NCBI GenBank assembly: GCA_013239625.1
Contig: MU054187.1
Coordinates: forward strand, 23,064,795 to 23,128,794
Direction of reading: 5' to 3'
DNA: 64,000 bases
Origin: Lama guanicoe
Lineage: Eukaryota
The notes under the pieces were generated by a model. It was not told the origin of the DNA. It was given only the letters and a program-made list of their open reading frames with translations, and ran no database searches. Of the stretch, positions 13,155-25,694 are shown piece after piece; position 1 is the first letter of the stretch; every line of letters starts with the position of its first letter. The translations under genes and the position numbers were made by a program.

Positions 13155-13618
13155 TCTTTTTAAAAAACAAATTATTGAAGTATAGTTGACTTACAATGTT
13201 GTGTTAGTTTCTGGTGTACAGCATAGTGATTCATATACATTTATATTTATGAGTTATACATATATATTCTTTTTCATTATAGGTAATTACTAGATGATAA
13301 ATATGTAGTCCCCTATATTAAACAGTATGACTTTTTTGTTTATCTATTTTATATATAGAAGTTTGTATCTGCTAATCCCAAACTCCTAGTTTATCCTTCC
13401 CCTCCCCTCCCCCTTTGGTAAGCATGTTTGTTTTCTATGTCTGTGTGTCTGCTTCTGTTTTGTAAATAAGTTCATTTGTATCATTTTTCTTAGATTCCAC
13501 ATGCAAGTGATGTCACATGATATTTCTTTCTCTGATTTTCTTCACTTACTATGATCATCTCCAGATCCATCCATGTTGCTGCAAATGGCATTATGTCATT
13601 CTTTTTTACTCCATTGTG

Positions 13619-13658
<40 letters not shown>

Positions 13659-13920
13659 ATGGAATAAATATATATATATATATACAAAAAATGGAATAAA
13701 AAATGAAATGATGCCTTTTGCCACAACACATATATATATATATACACACACATATGTAGACCAATTTCTTTATCCAGTCATTTAATGATGAACATTTACG
13801 TTGCTTCCGTGACTCATCTATGGAAAATTGTGCTGCTATAAACACTGGGGTGCATGTACCTTTTCAAATTAGGGTTTTCTTTGGATATATGTCCAGGAGT
13901 GAGACTGTTGGCTCATAAGG
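13155..13920 (-). mobile_element. 5'-truncated L1 3' end with (CA)n/(TA)n
   Basis: ORF track shows the ORF2 C-terminus ([23 protein letters not shown]) followed by L1 3' UTR. Confidence 0.88.
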
Positions 13921-14751
13921 TAGAAAAGTGTAGGAGGGCTTCCTCTTTGCCTTCCCCTCTGATTTCCTTCCCTTCCTGTACAGTTCAGTTTTACCGCCAA
14001 GGTGGGAAGGGAATGTGCCAGCGAGAAAGGGTGGACTCCAGTAAGAACAGCGTATGGAGGCCCACACAAGAGGAGGTGGCATCTGCCTGGCAGGTAGCCT
14101 GGCTCTGGGTGTTGGGGGGTGGTTAGGAGCGCCTCCCTAACTGCAGAAGGGCAGCACATGCAGTGTCGGACCGTGCGCAGGGTAAAGATGACATGGTGGG
14201 ATGGTGCTGAGTGACCTGGCCTTTGCCACTTGAAAGGGTTGCCCACTTAGGAGGGCTGCCCCATTTAAGGAGTGCAGGCGGGCAGAGGGCAGGTCTACTC
14301 CGGATGGTCTGGAAATTCCATGTAGGGATTTGGATCTTGAGCAGGGAAGCAGGGTACTTGCACAGGGTGCTGCCAGGCACTAATGTTGGAGCCTGCACAG
14401 GGTGAGAGGATATCTGCGGGGAAGGGGACAGGTGCAGGGTATCAAGCCAGGTACAGTGAAAAGATTGTCCTCTGTGCACTAGGAGGAATCCATCAGTGTG
14501 GCACGTGAATGTCCAAGCTTGTTGAAGAGGGTGCCAGGATGGTGGGAGGAGGCCTAATGTGAGATGTCTGAGAGTGAACTTCCCTAGAAGGGAATCTGCT
14601 AAGGGAAGTGGACAGTGGTGGTGATAAGAAATTGGTTATGTACAAGAAAATTATTCAATTGTGAAAATATGGTAAGGATAATTTGAGCCACATTACTCAC
14701 TATTAGAGAAGTTAGTTATAATAAGAAAAAGAAGAGAAAGATAATTAGGAT

Positions 14752-15266
14752 TGTAATAGGGGAAGAACAAATCTGACTCCATATTAGATCTGTTCATTTG
14801 GCTGCAACCCTGTGCTGTTTCCTGGGTTTGGTCTTGCTGGTTCTGCACCTTTGGTAAAAGTATGTTGCCTACAGCCTGAAATACACAGGCTAGCCCATTC
14901 TCAAGGCTCTGACCTTTAAGGGTATTAACACTGTTCCATTCATGTAAAGATAAAAAGTTGCAGAATAAAAAGGAACATTTGTTTTATTGGAAGTTTATAG
15001 GAACACTATGACCTGACCCACGTGGACAGCTGCAAGAACAAAGGATTGTGACGCCAAGCAGCTTGCAACAACCATATCCCCTCCCCATTTTAGTATAAAA
15101 AGAGCCTGAATTCTGACTTGGGGAAGATGGTTCTCCAGGACATTAGTTTGCCATCTTCCTGGTTTGCTGGCTTTCCAAATAAAGTCATTATTCCTGTCCC
15201 AGCACCTCATCTCCCAACTTATCGTCCTGTTGCACTTTGAGCAGAATGAGTTTGGACTTGGTAACA
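14752..15266 (+). mobile_element. Solo LTR, probably ERV1 class
   Basis: TG...CA termini, TATAAAA at 15094, AATAAA at 15178, 4-bp flanks GGAT/GAAT; sits inside older L1MC-like sequence. Confidence 0.8.
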
Positions 15267-16039
15267 GAATGAACCTTATAATAGGGCGTTGGAATTGAAA
15301 GTGTTGAATATTATTGTGTGTGTGTGTATTTGTTTCATCCACTGAGAACCCTTGAGGGCAGTGCTACTCCACAGCAGCCACCTCTTAGATTCTGAATAAA
15401 ATTCATTACTACCAGGGCTTCCTGAAGAATGGGAATTAAAACATGAACTTGAAGTATCTTAATGCTCCACAGAATAAGGAAGTACATACTCAGAGAATGA
15501 TGGTAATATGTCGACAGGGCACAGAATAAAGGTTTTTACTAGTCAACTCTGGAAAACAATCGAGCACCAAAATAAATAATGCTAATAGTGATTACAATTC
15601 TTTGAATAAAATTGAAAACCGTGATTCCGAACACATACAAATAAATGAATGGAGTTGAAAATGTAAAGAGGAATGAAGTATTTCCATAATTTTAAAGCAA
15701 CTCTCCCATAAAATATGTCCTAATTACAAAGGAAAAAAAAAGTGATGTTATAGTGGAAAGTCTGGCAAATACTTTCTTAACCAAGTTAATCAATTTTCCT
15801 GATTTTGATGGTATACTATGAGCATGTAGGCAAATGTCTTTGTTTGTAGGAAATACTAAGATATTTGGGAATGACGGATGGGATTAAAAAAAGGTAGATG
15901 TTTCAGTAAGTATATAATGTAAATATAAGAAACTAATAGAAGAACAGTTATTAACAAAAATATGACAAAAATTATGAGGGGTAGCAAAGAAAAAGTGGGA
16001 AGTATGCAAATGTACTAAATTTCTAATTTTTGTGAGATG

Positions 16040-18255
16040 AGTAGAAAAATATGTAAATTTGATTTGTCAAGAAGACACACGTTCTATGGAAGTAACTATG
16101 GAAATCAATTTGACAATACCCATCAAAATTTAAAAGGCACTTGTCTCCTTATCCAGAATTTTCATTTGGGGGAATTTATCACAAGCACTGGAACACACGG
16201 GAAATTATGTATGTTAAAAGTCTTTAATTGCAAGATTGTAAGAGTTGAGGATTTTGATTGCCTCAATGTTCATCAGTATAGCCTGGTTAAATAAGAGTAA
16301 TATCTGCATTCAAAGGATACTGAGGTACTAAAAAATGAGATATTTCCTGATGTATTGATATGGGAAGATTGCCTAGATTTTATTGTTAAATGAAAAAGCA
16401 AGAAACAAAGCTGTACATATATTATGAAACATTTAGTGTAAAAATGATGAAAATAGAATATTTATAATTGCCTATACGTGGATAAATAAAATCCAAAAAT
16501 AACTTCTGGAAATTAAATAAGAAATGAGAAGAGCAGTTACTTAAGAGATTTAGGAATGGAACAAAAAGGGGGTGAAGCAAGAAGGGAGATTTTTCATTAA
16601 TTTAGTCTTAAAAGTGGTTGACAAATTACATATGAAAAATTAAACTTAATAATTGGATTTAAATGCAACTGAACTAGAAAAGTCTAAAAGATAAATGCAA
16701 TAGATTGGATAATAACATAGACTAATTCCTAGGACGTGTGAATATGTTATCATATATGACATATATATGACAAAAGGACTTTGTAGATGTGACTAAGGTT
16801 ATGGACCTTGAGAAAGGGAGATTATCCGTGTGGGAGCAATCTAATTTTATGAGTCCTTAAAAGTAGAGAACATTTCCCAGCTGTGATCACAGAATGTTTC
16901 TATGGAAAAAATTAACCTTAACCCCTGGCTTCACTCTACAAAAAAAGAAGGATTTTAAAAGATCAAACAGTTAAACATAAATCCAAGAACCATAAAGCTT
17001 CTAGAATAAGACACAGAAGAATATGTTTATGACCTTGGCGTGGGCAAGTATTTCTTAGGACATAAAAATCACTGATAAATTTATTCTAAAATGATAAACT
17101 AGTCTCCATCAATATTATCAGTATCTATTTATCAAAAGACATGACTAATTAGGTCAGAAGGGTATCCATGGACCAAGAATAAAAGCACAGCACCTAAGTC
17201 TGGATAAGGATGCAGATGCAGAGTATGTAAATCACTTCTATATCAAAAGAAATAAAGCTGAATACTCAATCATAAAATAGGCGAAGTATTTGAACAGATA
17301 CGTCAGAGAAGAAAATACGGGAATAGCCAAAAAGTACATAAAAGAGTGTTCAATATCATTAATTGTTAGAGAAATCCAATTTCAAACCACAATTAGAGAC
17401 TATTTCATATGCAGTAGAATGGCTGCAACTTAAAAATGAAAAAAAGAAAGTATAACTGAATATCTCTGTAGAAAAATAATTTCAACACCTATTTTTACTC
17501 TATAAAAATAAAAGTAAAATAAAAAATAACAATAATAATAACTTAAGACAGATGAAAACAAATGTAAAACCCGGAACCATAAATTTTCTAGAAGAAAGCA
17601 GAGGAGAATGTCTTCACGACTTGAATGTCATAGGTTGTCATGTAGCGGGATGAGGAATAATCGTAACAATTGTTTGCTACTGTAGGTATAAAATAATACA
17701 ACCAGTTTGCAGAAATCTTTGACCATTTCCTATAAAGGTAGGCATACATCTACTCAGTGACCATATTTAACACAAAGATCAATTAATATAGAAATATTTT
17801 TCCAAGAATGTTTATAGCAATCTGAGTCTTAATAAAAAAAAATGAAAAGCACAAATACCCATCAACAGAAAATTAACCAACAGTCTGATTCATTAATTCA
17901 GTGGAATACTGCTTGGCAATAAAAAGTAAAAATTGGTACATGTAACAACATAGAGTAGCTTACAGAGATTTTGCGAAATGAATAAAACTGGAAACAAAAA
18001 AGACACATTTCATAATTTCATTTAGTAACATAGTCAAAAATAACAAAGAAAGCTAGAAGTCAGGCAGCAACAGCCTCTGTAAAAAGGGATTTGACTAAAC
18101 AAATTCATGAGGGAAATTTCCAGGATGACAGAGAAGTCCTTTATCTTGTTTTAGGTGTTGGTAAGACTTGTGTATACAATTGTCAAAACTCATCAAACAT
18201 AAAATATAAGCAAAGAACATTTTATTGTATGTAATTTATATTTCAATTTAAAAAT
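16040..18255 (+). mobile_element. Old L1M 3' segments with an MLT1D-like LTR piece at about 16720-16900
   Basis: Degenerate ORF2 end and 3' UTR motifs; 'ggactttgtagatgtgactaaggttatggaccttgag' is MLT1-like. Confidence 0.6.
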
Positions 18256-18569
18256 AATGTTGGCTGAAATGTTGCTTATAAAGGGGCGAATTAGTGAATT
18301 AACTCAACTGAGTTAATTCAGTTGAATAGTATTTATTGCTTATCAAATTCAAGGAACTGTGGCACAAACTGAGGATATCTCACCACAAAAATGAACAAAG
18401 GAAGGAAGGAAGAAAATAAAAATGATTTGGTTTTTTTCCTGTTTCATTTAGTCAACAAATTTTTATTGAGCACCTGCTATGTCCTCTATACTAGGCACTG
18501 GGGATAGAATGATAAACAAGTCAAGGGACTCACTGCCTTCACAAAGCTTTTAGTGGAGAGAAAAACTTA

Positions 18570-18664
18570 AGTATATAATTTCAGAGATTCCACTCGAATT
18601 GAACCAGGCAAGTCCACACTGAAGATCCTTGAGCAAGCTAACGATGAATAATGGAGGAAGCCAC
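18570..18664 (-). pseudogene. Candidate exon with RGS-box-like motif: VASSIIHR*LAQGSS / VDLPGSIRVESLKL
   Basis: ttgcag acceptor; resembles the RGS consensus A..I...Y...GS...VNL...R with one stop and one frameshift; donor unclear. Confidence 0.55.
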
Positions 18665-19558
18665 CTGCAATTTTTGGACAAAGGAGATTAATTTAAGAGT
18701 TTATTTTGATAGTGAAATAAATTATCTTTCCGTGTTACAGTCTTTTGGGTTATTTCATGCAAAGAATAGTATGAAAATAATAAAACTAAGTGTGGTATTA
18801 AAAATATAATGGATCATTACTTTTATTTTTGAAAGAGAAATAGTTTTGGCATCAGTGCAGAGATTGGAACGTGGAAGATATCATTATCTAACACAGAAAC
18901 AAAATTCTACTCTTAACGAAATCAAATGATGCGAATGATGCTGCTAGGAAATCTTACACATACTGGTCAGAATTTCTTACACGTGTGAGAGGATCTAGGG
19001 TTTCCACTCCCTGCATATGTTTAGTGTGTCACCCTGGACATCTGCTAATGTTAGACATCTGTTTTTTGTTTTTTCCGAAAGATGTCTCGTTTGGACTGCC
19101 AAAAGGAGAGCCGGGTCATTATTTATTCCATAATGTGGAGTTATCCGGCAGATTACCCTTGTATGAGGAATAATAATGTCAGTAAATTCATAAACACTAC
19201 AATTAATCCTAAAGTTTGCTCCACACTAGGGGTGATTACAGGCATGATTTCAAAGGAAAATGTCAAACTATCACAAATCTCCAAATAAAAACACAAGCAG
19301 TTTCATATAGTATTAATCACTTGGGAATCATTGTACACTATTATTTTCTGAATACTAAATTAAAGACATAAGTAATGACCAAGGTAAGATACTTATGTGA
19401 GTGATAAATTCCCAAGGTTTGAGTTATGTTTAGTGTAGTCTGAGTTCATATATGTTTGGAGGAAATGAATATTCCATTGGCTTACTCTCTATTAATTTAT
19501 TTGATTATTTTATTAATTACAAGTTATTATCTATCATGTCAAACAGCTGGAAACTTAC

Positions 19559-19615
19559 TGTTTTATATGAAAGGCTAATTTCCAGAAGAGAAATAAGCTG
19601 CTGTACATTATTTAT
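19559..19615 (-). pseudogene. Candidate exon: INNVQQLISLLEISLSYKT
   Basis: 57 nt, consensus gtaagt donor, weak acceptor. Confidence 0.3.
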
Positions 19616-20494
19616 CTTTAATACCCTTATTACATTACATATTATAATGTATAAAACCAATTCATTGTCATTTGAATTATTTTGATCATATCTAGGCCAT
19701 AAGGTACTGTTACAGGCTTTGATATGAATAGCTGGAAAGTTAAGTGATTGACTCTTTTTTTTTCCCAAAGAAATCTGTTTATAATATTCATGTTTTATTG
19801 TGTTCTTCTAAAATGTGTAAAACATAATAGACGTTAATTATGTCTTTATAAAATGTAAAAATGTCCATTTACATTTGATGATAAAAAGCTCTTTGGGAGA
19901 CTGTTAGTAAGATAGTTGCTTATTTTCAATGTTTATGTACATGTTATATAAGCCTTTATTCAGCATATATGTAGACCTATACTCACTCACTGTGTTCAGC
20001 ATTTAAATTTAAAAACAAAACAAGATGACATACACAGAAGAAATGGAATAATAGTCTTAGGGCTACATTGTACCAAAGAAATCATGTTGATCAAATCTTT
20101 GCTTAAAAGATGAGAACAGTTCTAATTTCAACCCTGTTTCTTGGCTGCTTTGTATTTTACAAAATCTAAGTGTGTTAAGATACAGGAATGTCTGGAAAGT
20201 CTGTATGCGTGTGTGTGTGTAAGACTTTATATGAATATAACTAAATTGTTAATGTATGGTAATTATTCATTATAAGCTACCAGTAAAACTTTATTTTAAG
20301 AACCTGTTTGTCTTTGAAGATACGACTGTCTTCTTATCTGAGTCATTTCTCAAATAGGTTATGCCGTATCTTTTTACTATGCACCTATTTGACTTCTATT
20401 ATTTTCCAGTCACCCAGTTAGTTATACAGACTCCTAAATAATTGAAAAGAAATATTGGCTCAGTTAATCAATCTAATCTTATGTTTTCTCATAG

Positions 20495-20554
20495 GAAGAT
20501 GTCAAAAATGAATATTTGCAAAAGGAACAAAAAAAGGAATGGAAACGTTTCAAG
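20495..20554 (+). CDS. CNBD1: Penultimate coding exon of cyclic nucleotide-binding domain-containing protein 1: EDVKNEYLQKEQKKEWKRFK
   Basis: Acceptor ttatgttttctcatag, donor AAG/gtacaa, 60 nt, phase 0-0; joins in frame to 34148. Gene identity is from memory of the CNBD1 C-terminus, not a search. Confidence 0.75.
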
Positions 20555-23010
20555 GTACAACACTACATATTACAACAAAATATATAGGATAACTCATCAT
20601 TCTTTCTTCATGTTATACTGTAGTAGATTAGGGATAACTTTTTCAGAGAGTATGAATATTAAGGAAAATTAAGTAATTATAATAAGTGGATGTTAATGAA
20701 AATACCTAAACTGAAAAATTCATTGTTTAATTCTTTGTAGTAACTCCATTTTTATTTTAGAGGGTAGAATATGCATTAAGTTCCTGCTTTGTGCTGAGCA
20801 GTTTATATTTGCTGTGCCATTTAATCCCTTTAACTACAATGATTGGTTTTCTTTTTTATTTTATGGAAGAGAAAGCCAAGGACTGGAGATTAAGGAACTT
20901 GTTCAAGTAACACAGATAGTATAAACCCCAGTACTATAACTTGGGCTTGCCCAATTCTAGAAACAATGAGTTCTTTTAATTTTATGGTGCTGTATATGAG
21001 GGCCATTGAATGCAGTTGGCTAGTGAGGATAAAACTGTCTTTATTTTGTAATATACATATTAGAAAAATTATTGACTACGGTGATTCTCATGCTGCTATG
21101 GGATTCATCCACATTTTGGGTACTCTGGAGAACTGACTGCCAGAATCAGCATCACTGTTACCACCATTGTCACCGTCACTGTCTCCACTTATCCAAAACC
21201 TTCTACAAGATACACAGAGTGGGTGAAGCACTTTAAACATTTCATTTGTGTATAACTTTAAGTATATTTAAAAATTAAAAGGTAATAACTCTGAAGATTA
21301 TGTCACAGCTGAGACACATAGTGTAAAAAAATTAAAACGAATACAACATAAAGATCTAAGGTGATGTACCAACTTCTCTTCATTTTTCTGGTTAATGCAG
21401 CCGATTATTGCAGTATGAGACGTCACATCAATAGAAAGTAAAAAAGACAGGCAGAGATTTTAAATAGGGCATTTTATTAAAAAAAATACTCTAATGGACC
21501 CCTCAAATGAATAGAAGAAAGGGTAAAGATTTCCCAAACAGCTCAATTCACCATAGGTCAGTGCTGCACAACCACTGTGTGACTTTAAGCCCAACATATA
21601 TTTCTCCTTTGTGTTGCAGTTGTGGGGTGTAGGGTTGAGGCATGGACCCATTTGGGAAGGACAAGTGTGTTAGAAAAAACTTACCAAATATCCATTTCTG
21701 TTAAGAACAGTGAAATAAAGAGTGGGATGAATTCCCACATCAAAACACGACCTTCCTTAACCATGAGGAGTGAGGCAACCCTTGGCAGAGTGACAGGTTG
21801 CTCTTGCTCTGATAAATTCCTAATTCTATGTCCAAGATAAGCTAGTTCTTGTAAGTTTGTTCATATTCTTATCAGTCATTGAGTTTTGATATTGCTCCCA
21901 TTAGGGATTTGCTTTGATGCAAATATTATAATTTAATAAAAAAGTAAGGCTAAGTCTATTGTTGAAATATATAATATTTTCTCTTAAATTCTAGTTCTTT
22001 CTAAAATAAAATTTGATCTTTTCTGTACTCTTATACACAAAATAAAAACAAGGAGTAAAACTATTTTAATACTTCCCAATTTGCCTTAAATGTATCCAAA
22101 TCTTTTTTAAAAATTTGCATTTAATTCTGTCAGAATTTTGCATCTACCAAAATCTCTTGTCTAATGAACGTGCAGTTTTGTAGAAGTCCATTCTCTCTCA
22201 TCTGAAATACCTGTACCGGAATTGATTTGTAGCTGCTTATTGTCAGTTTCACTACTAGACTGTAATTTCAGTAAAGGAGAGACACTGACTGACACAGTAC
22301 CTGTTACATATCGGGAAGTCAATAGTTATGAAGAATGAACAAATGAATGAATGAATAAATGATGTACATACTACCAGTAGGTGGTCATGCTGTTGAAACG
22401 GTCTAGAATAAAGTGCCCCAGCTTTGCTGCTGTCACCCCAATCATACGATGGGAGAATCCCTGGAAAATCTGGGAGTTCAAGGCCCTTGGTTCAGGTTTT
22501 TGTTTCTTGAATGATTACGTGCTGTGGAAACACTGTCATCACATGTTTAGGAAATGGTTCATGGAACTTCTGGCTGGATATACAAGACTACCAGATTTAT
22601 TAAAGTTATTGTGGGAACAGTTTACAAAGAGGGGTTCACGGAATTGTCTCTGAGGTTGTTGCTCTTGTCTCAGGTCCTAAAACCTAGACTATTTGCCAAC
22701 TGTGCAAGTCCATCTGCCACAGGAATTCTTGTTAAAAATGTCCTGTTACCGAAGATTTGATGGTCAGTCCGGGCAGGATTTCTGTTCTGGAGCCAAGGAG
22801 TTGTCATGGAACTCAGCCTTGATTTCTCTTCTTTTTGTAGTGTATACAGCAAGGAATATTGGAACACCTAGGCATTTTTTGATAAACATCCTGTGAGAGT
22901 GAACACATCAGATTTTCACAGTTTGTAGATGTTATATATGCACTTAAGAGATGTGAACTTCCATGTCCATGCTTCCCAACCCAGCAGCCTTAAGTAGTAA
23001 AGGTACTTAC

Positions 23011-23044
23011 AGACAATTTTCCAACTGATCCATCAGAAGTGGAA
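23011..23044 (-). pseudogene. Candidate 34-nt exon
   Basis: Long pyrimidine tract + tttttag acceptor, gtaagt donor; another acceptor follows at 22867, opening an exon-like block to about 22380. Confidence 0.5.
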
Positions 23045-23084
23045 CTAAAAACCAGTGAGAAAGAGAAAAAAATACATAGTTGTA

Positions 23085-23285
23085 CACGATGGTGTGTTAA
23101 TCAATATTTAACAACCTACTCTCCCATTCCACAACAAAAGATATATGCAAAAAAAACACACACACACACTTTGATTTGTACATTTTCAGGGTGCAAATAT
23201 TCCCATCATAGCCAATTTCAGGCTCCCTACATGACACCCCTGTTCTTGCAGTTGGGAAAATGTACACACAGTTGGGTCTCACTCA
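23085..23285. mobile_element. MER63-like hAT relic
   Basis: 'ggtgtgttaatcaatatttaacaacc...ggtgcaaatattcccatcatagccaatttc' resembles MER63. Confidence 0.5.
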
Positions 23286-25694
23286 AACAAATGATTTCTG
23301 ATGTTTGAGATTATGTACTTACACAAATCTGATTTAACAACTAGGTCTAGGAAAGTGGCTTTAATTTAAGAACCGCCAGAGAATGAGGAAAGGTATGAGG
23401 AGATAGGGAGCCAGCCATTCCACCAGGACTGGTTGAACCATTCCACTGCACCTCCTGAGAGGTGAGGGAGCCACTTAGCAGTATTATGGAAGATTAAGTT
23501 AAAATGTAGAAAATTGGGGGATACTTATGGTCTGTAATTTACAGTTACATGCTTGGTTATGTGCTGAACTGTTACTAGTTAAATGTTTTATACATGCACC
23601 TCCTTCTCTCTTTTATTTTAGGGAACTTAAAAATAGAGATCATACAAAACAGAGAAGCATTGAACAAATAGGAAAACAATAAAAACTCGATGCTAACTTG
23701 AATATAGAGCTGGAAAAAGACTAATTTTGTAAACAAATGCCTTTCTGATGCCTTTATCAGATTTCACTTTCCTAGTTAAAAATATTTGAATCTTTTAATA
23801 GTTTGACATAAAAAATGTGATTATCATAGTTGCAACCTGTATTTTGCTCAAATTTGTTCTCCAGATAAGGATATTTTGATTTTCTGGTTTTAGTTAATCT
23901 AATTGGTAATTCTTTTATAACTTTATTCTATTTGGAATAAAATAATGAAATGAATATGAATCAGAGTAGTCTTGAGAGTCAGAGTGGAAATCCATTTTAA
24001 CATAAAAAGACCTAAAGCAAATAACAAACTACAAAAAATTGAAATGAAATTGCATTTCAGAATATCTGAAGTAATAACTCCATATTAATTTTCAAAATGT
24101 ATTTTTAAGTTTTTTAAGTAAATATTCAATAGTTTGCAGAAGTACAAGTCCAAATCATGGACTCTGGTCCATGACTAAAATTTTCGTGCCTTAAGTGGTA
24201 TTACGAATTTTGGAAAGGAGTCCAGTGGGCAGGGCCTGGTGGTCTCATTTTCATTGGACATATTAAATGATTAATGGTCCAAATCAACCTAATATTATTA
24301 ACTGTTTATTACTTTTAAGAAGAGACAGGCATAATGGACACAATTTATTGTATATCTACAAGTTGTACTGAAAAACCATAATTCAAAAAAACCAACAAAA
24401 ATTTACTCCACAAAAATACAAAGAAAACAACACAAAAAAAATCTCACTCACTTATGTTATTGCTAATATAAATTATTTCTTGTACGTTAATCCAGAGCCA
24501 AAAAACACAAAATTCTATAGAGAAAATAAATCAAATTTAAACTAAATATAAATGCCCAAATGCCCTATTTGCATATGTATTTTTGATTATTGACACACAT
24601 TTAAATCAGCATTCACACTAGTTCTTTGACCCCTAATGTCATATCTCTACTATGTCCCTGCAAGCGAAATTAAATTTTAGTCTTCTGTTCTCTAGGCTGT
24701 ATTTCATCAGTTCCATCAGTCCCCCTCATAAGTGCTATATTTCTTTTTTTTTTTAAGTATTGTGTTGCTCTCTTCTGGATCCTCAATGATTATCGTGAGA
24801 TTACCAAATTAAATTTCACTTGTTTTGCCTAAATCTTTATGTATCGAGTTATCATATTAATTGACCTAATGCCTCAGGCTAGCCTTCATGACTGAAATGG
24901 AATATATTATTAAGAAGTTAAAATCTTCTTTCTTTTCCCATTAAACCTAGGTTGATCTTTTTACCATAAATTTCACATATGCTTACTCTTCCCATTGGGA
25001 TTCTTATGAAAAGAAATGTTCATTGTTCCTCCTTTGAACTATATCTAAAGCTTTGAAATGGAGAACTGGAAAATTTTTTTAACACATCCTTGTCATGTTT
25101 TTTTTGAAAAACTTGTCTCATTATTCGACACTCGTTTGTTTGTTTCCTCCAATAGATTTTAGACTCTTTGAAGGTAAGGTCTCTAATTTACAGATGTGTG
25201 TCCAGAAGCAAGCACAGGAGTGGTATGTAAGCAGGTCTTCAGTAAACATTAGCTACATGATGAAAATGGATGAATATCTGAATAATCAAAATGACTCGTG
25301 ATCTCCTGAAATGTTAAAAGAAGAAAAAAATTCTTACAATTTGCTAATGTTTATTGAGCACTCTTCTGTGTCTCACAAAGTAATCAGGGTAAAGGCAAAA
25401 GAAATAGTCTCTCCTTTTATGGAACTTCTGGATATCTTTCATGGCGATACAAAAATTACAGAAATAAGACACAAGTGAATGTATGCATAGAACTGTGAGA
25501 AGTTCTCTAAAGGATGCTGTACAGGAAAAGAAATAGGCATATGTATAGAATAAAATTTTATCCAAGTTCTTTCTTTGACTTACCTGAATTTGCTTTATTA
25601 TCTTGTTTAAGGCTAAGCTTAAACCCTAGTTAAATTGAGGCAATTTATTATTTTTGATGCTATTCTGTTTAACACTTATTTATATTTAATGTTT

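Noticed and set aside
22598..22867. Terminal exon with poly(A) signal of a separate - strand gene
   Set aside because: Frame is ambiguous and more exon-like segments continue downstream, so an internal decayed exon is more likely; not fully excluded.
24156..24173. Short hairpin CATGGAC-TCTG-GTCCATG
   Set aside because: A 7-bp stem is expected by chance or from a DNA-transposon relic; no other support.
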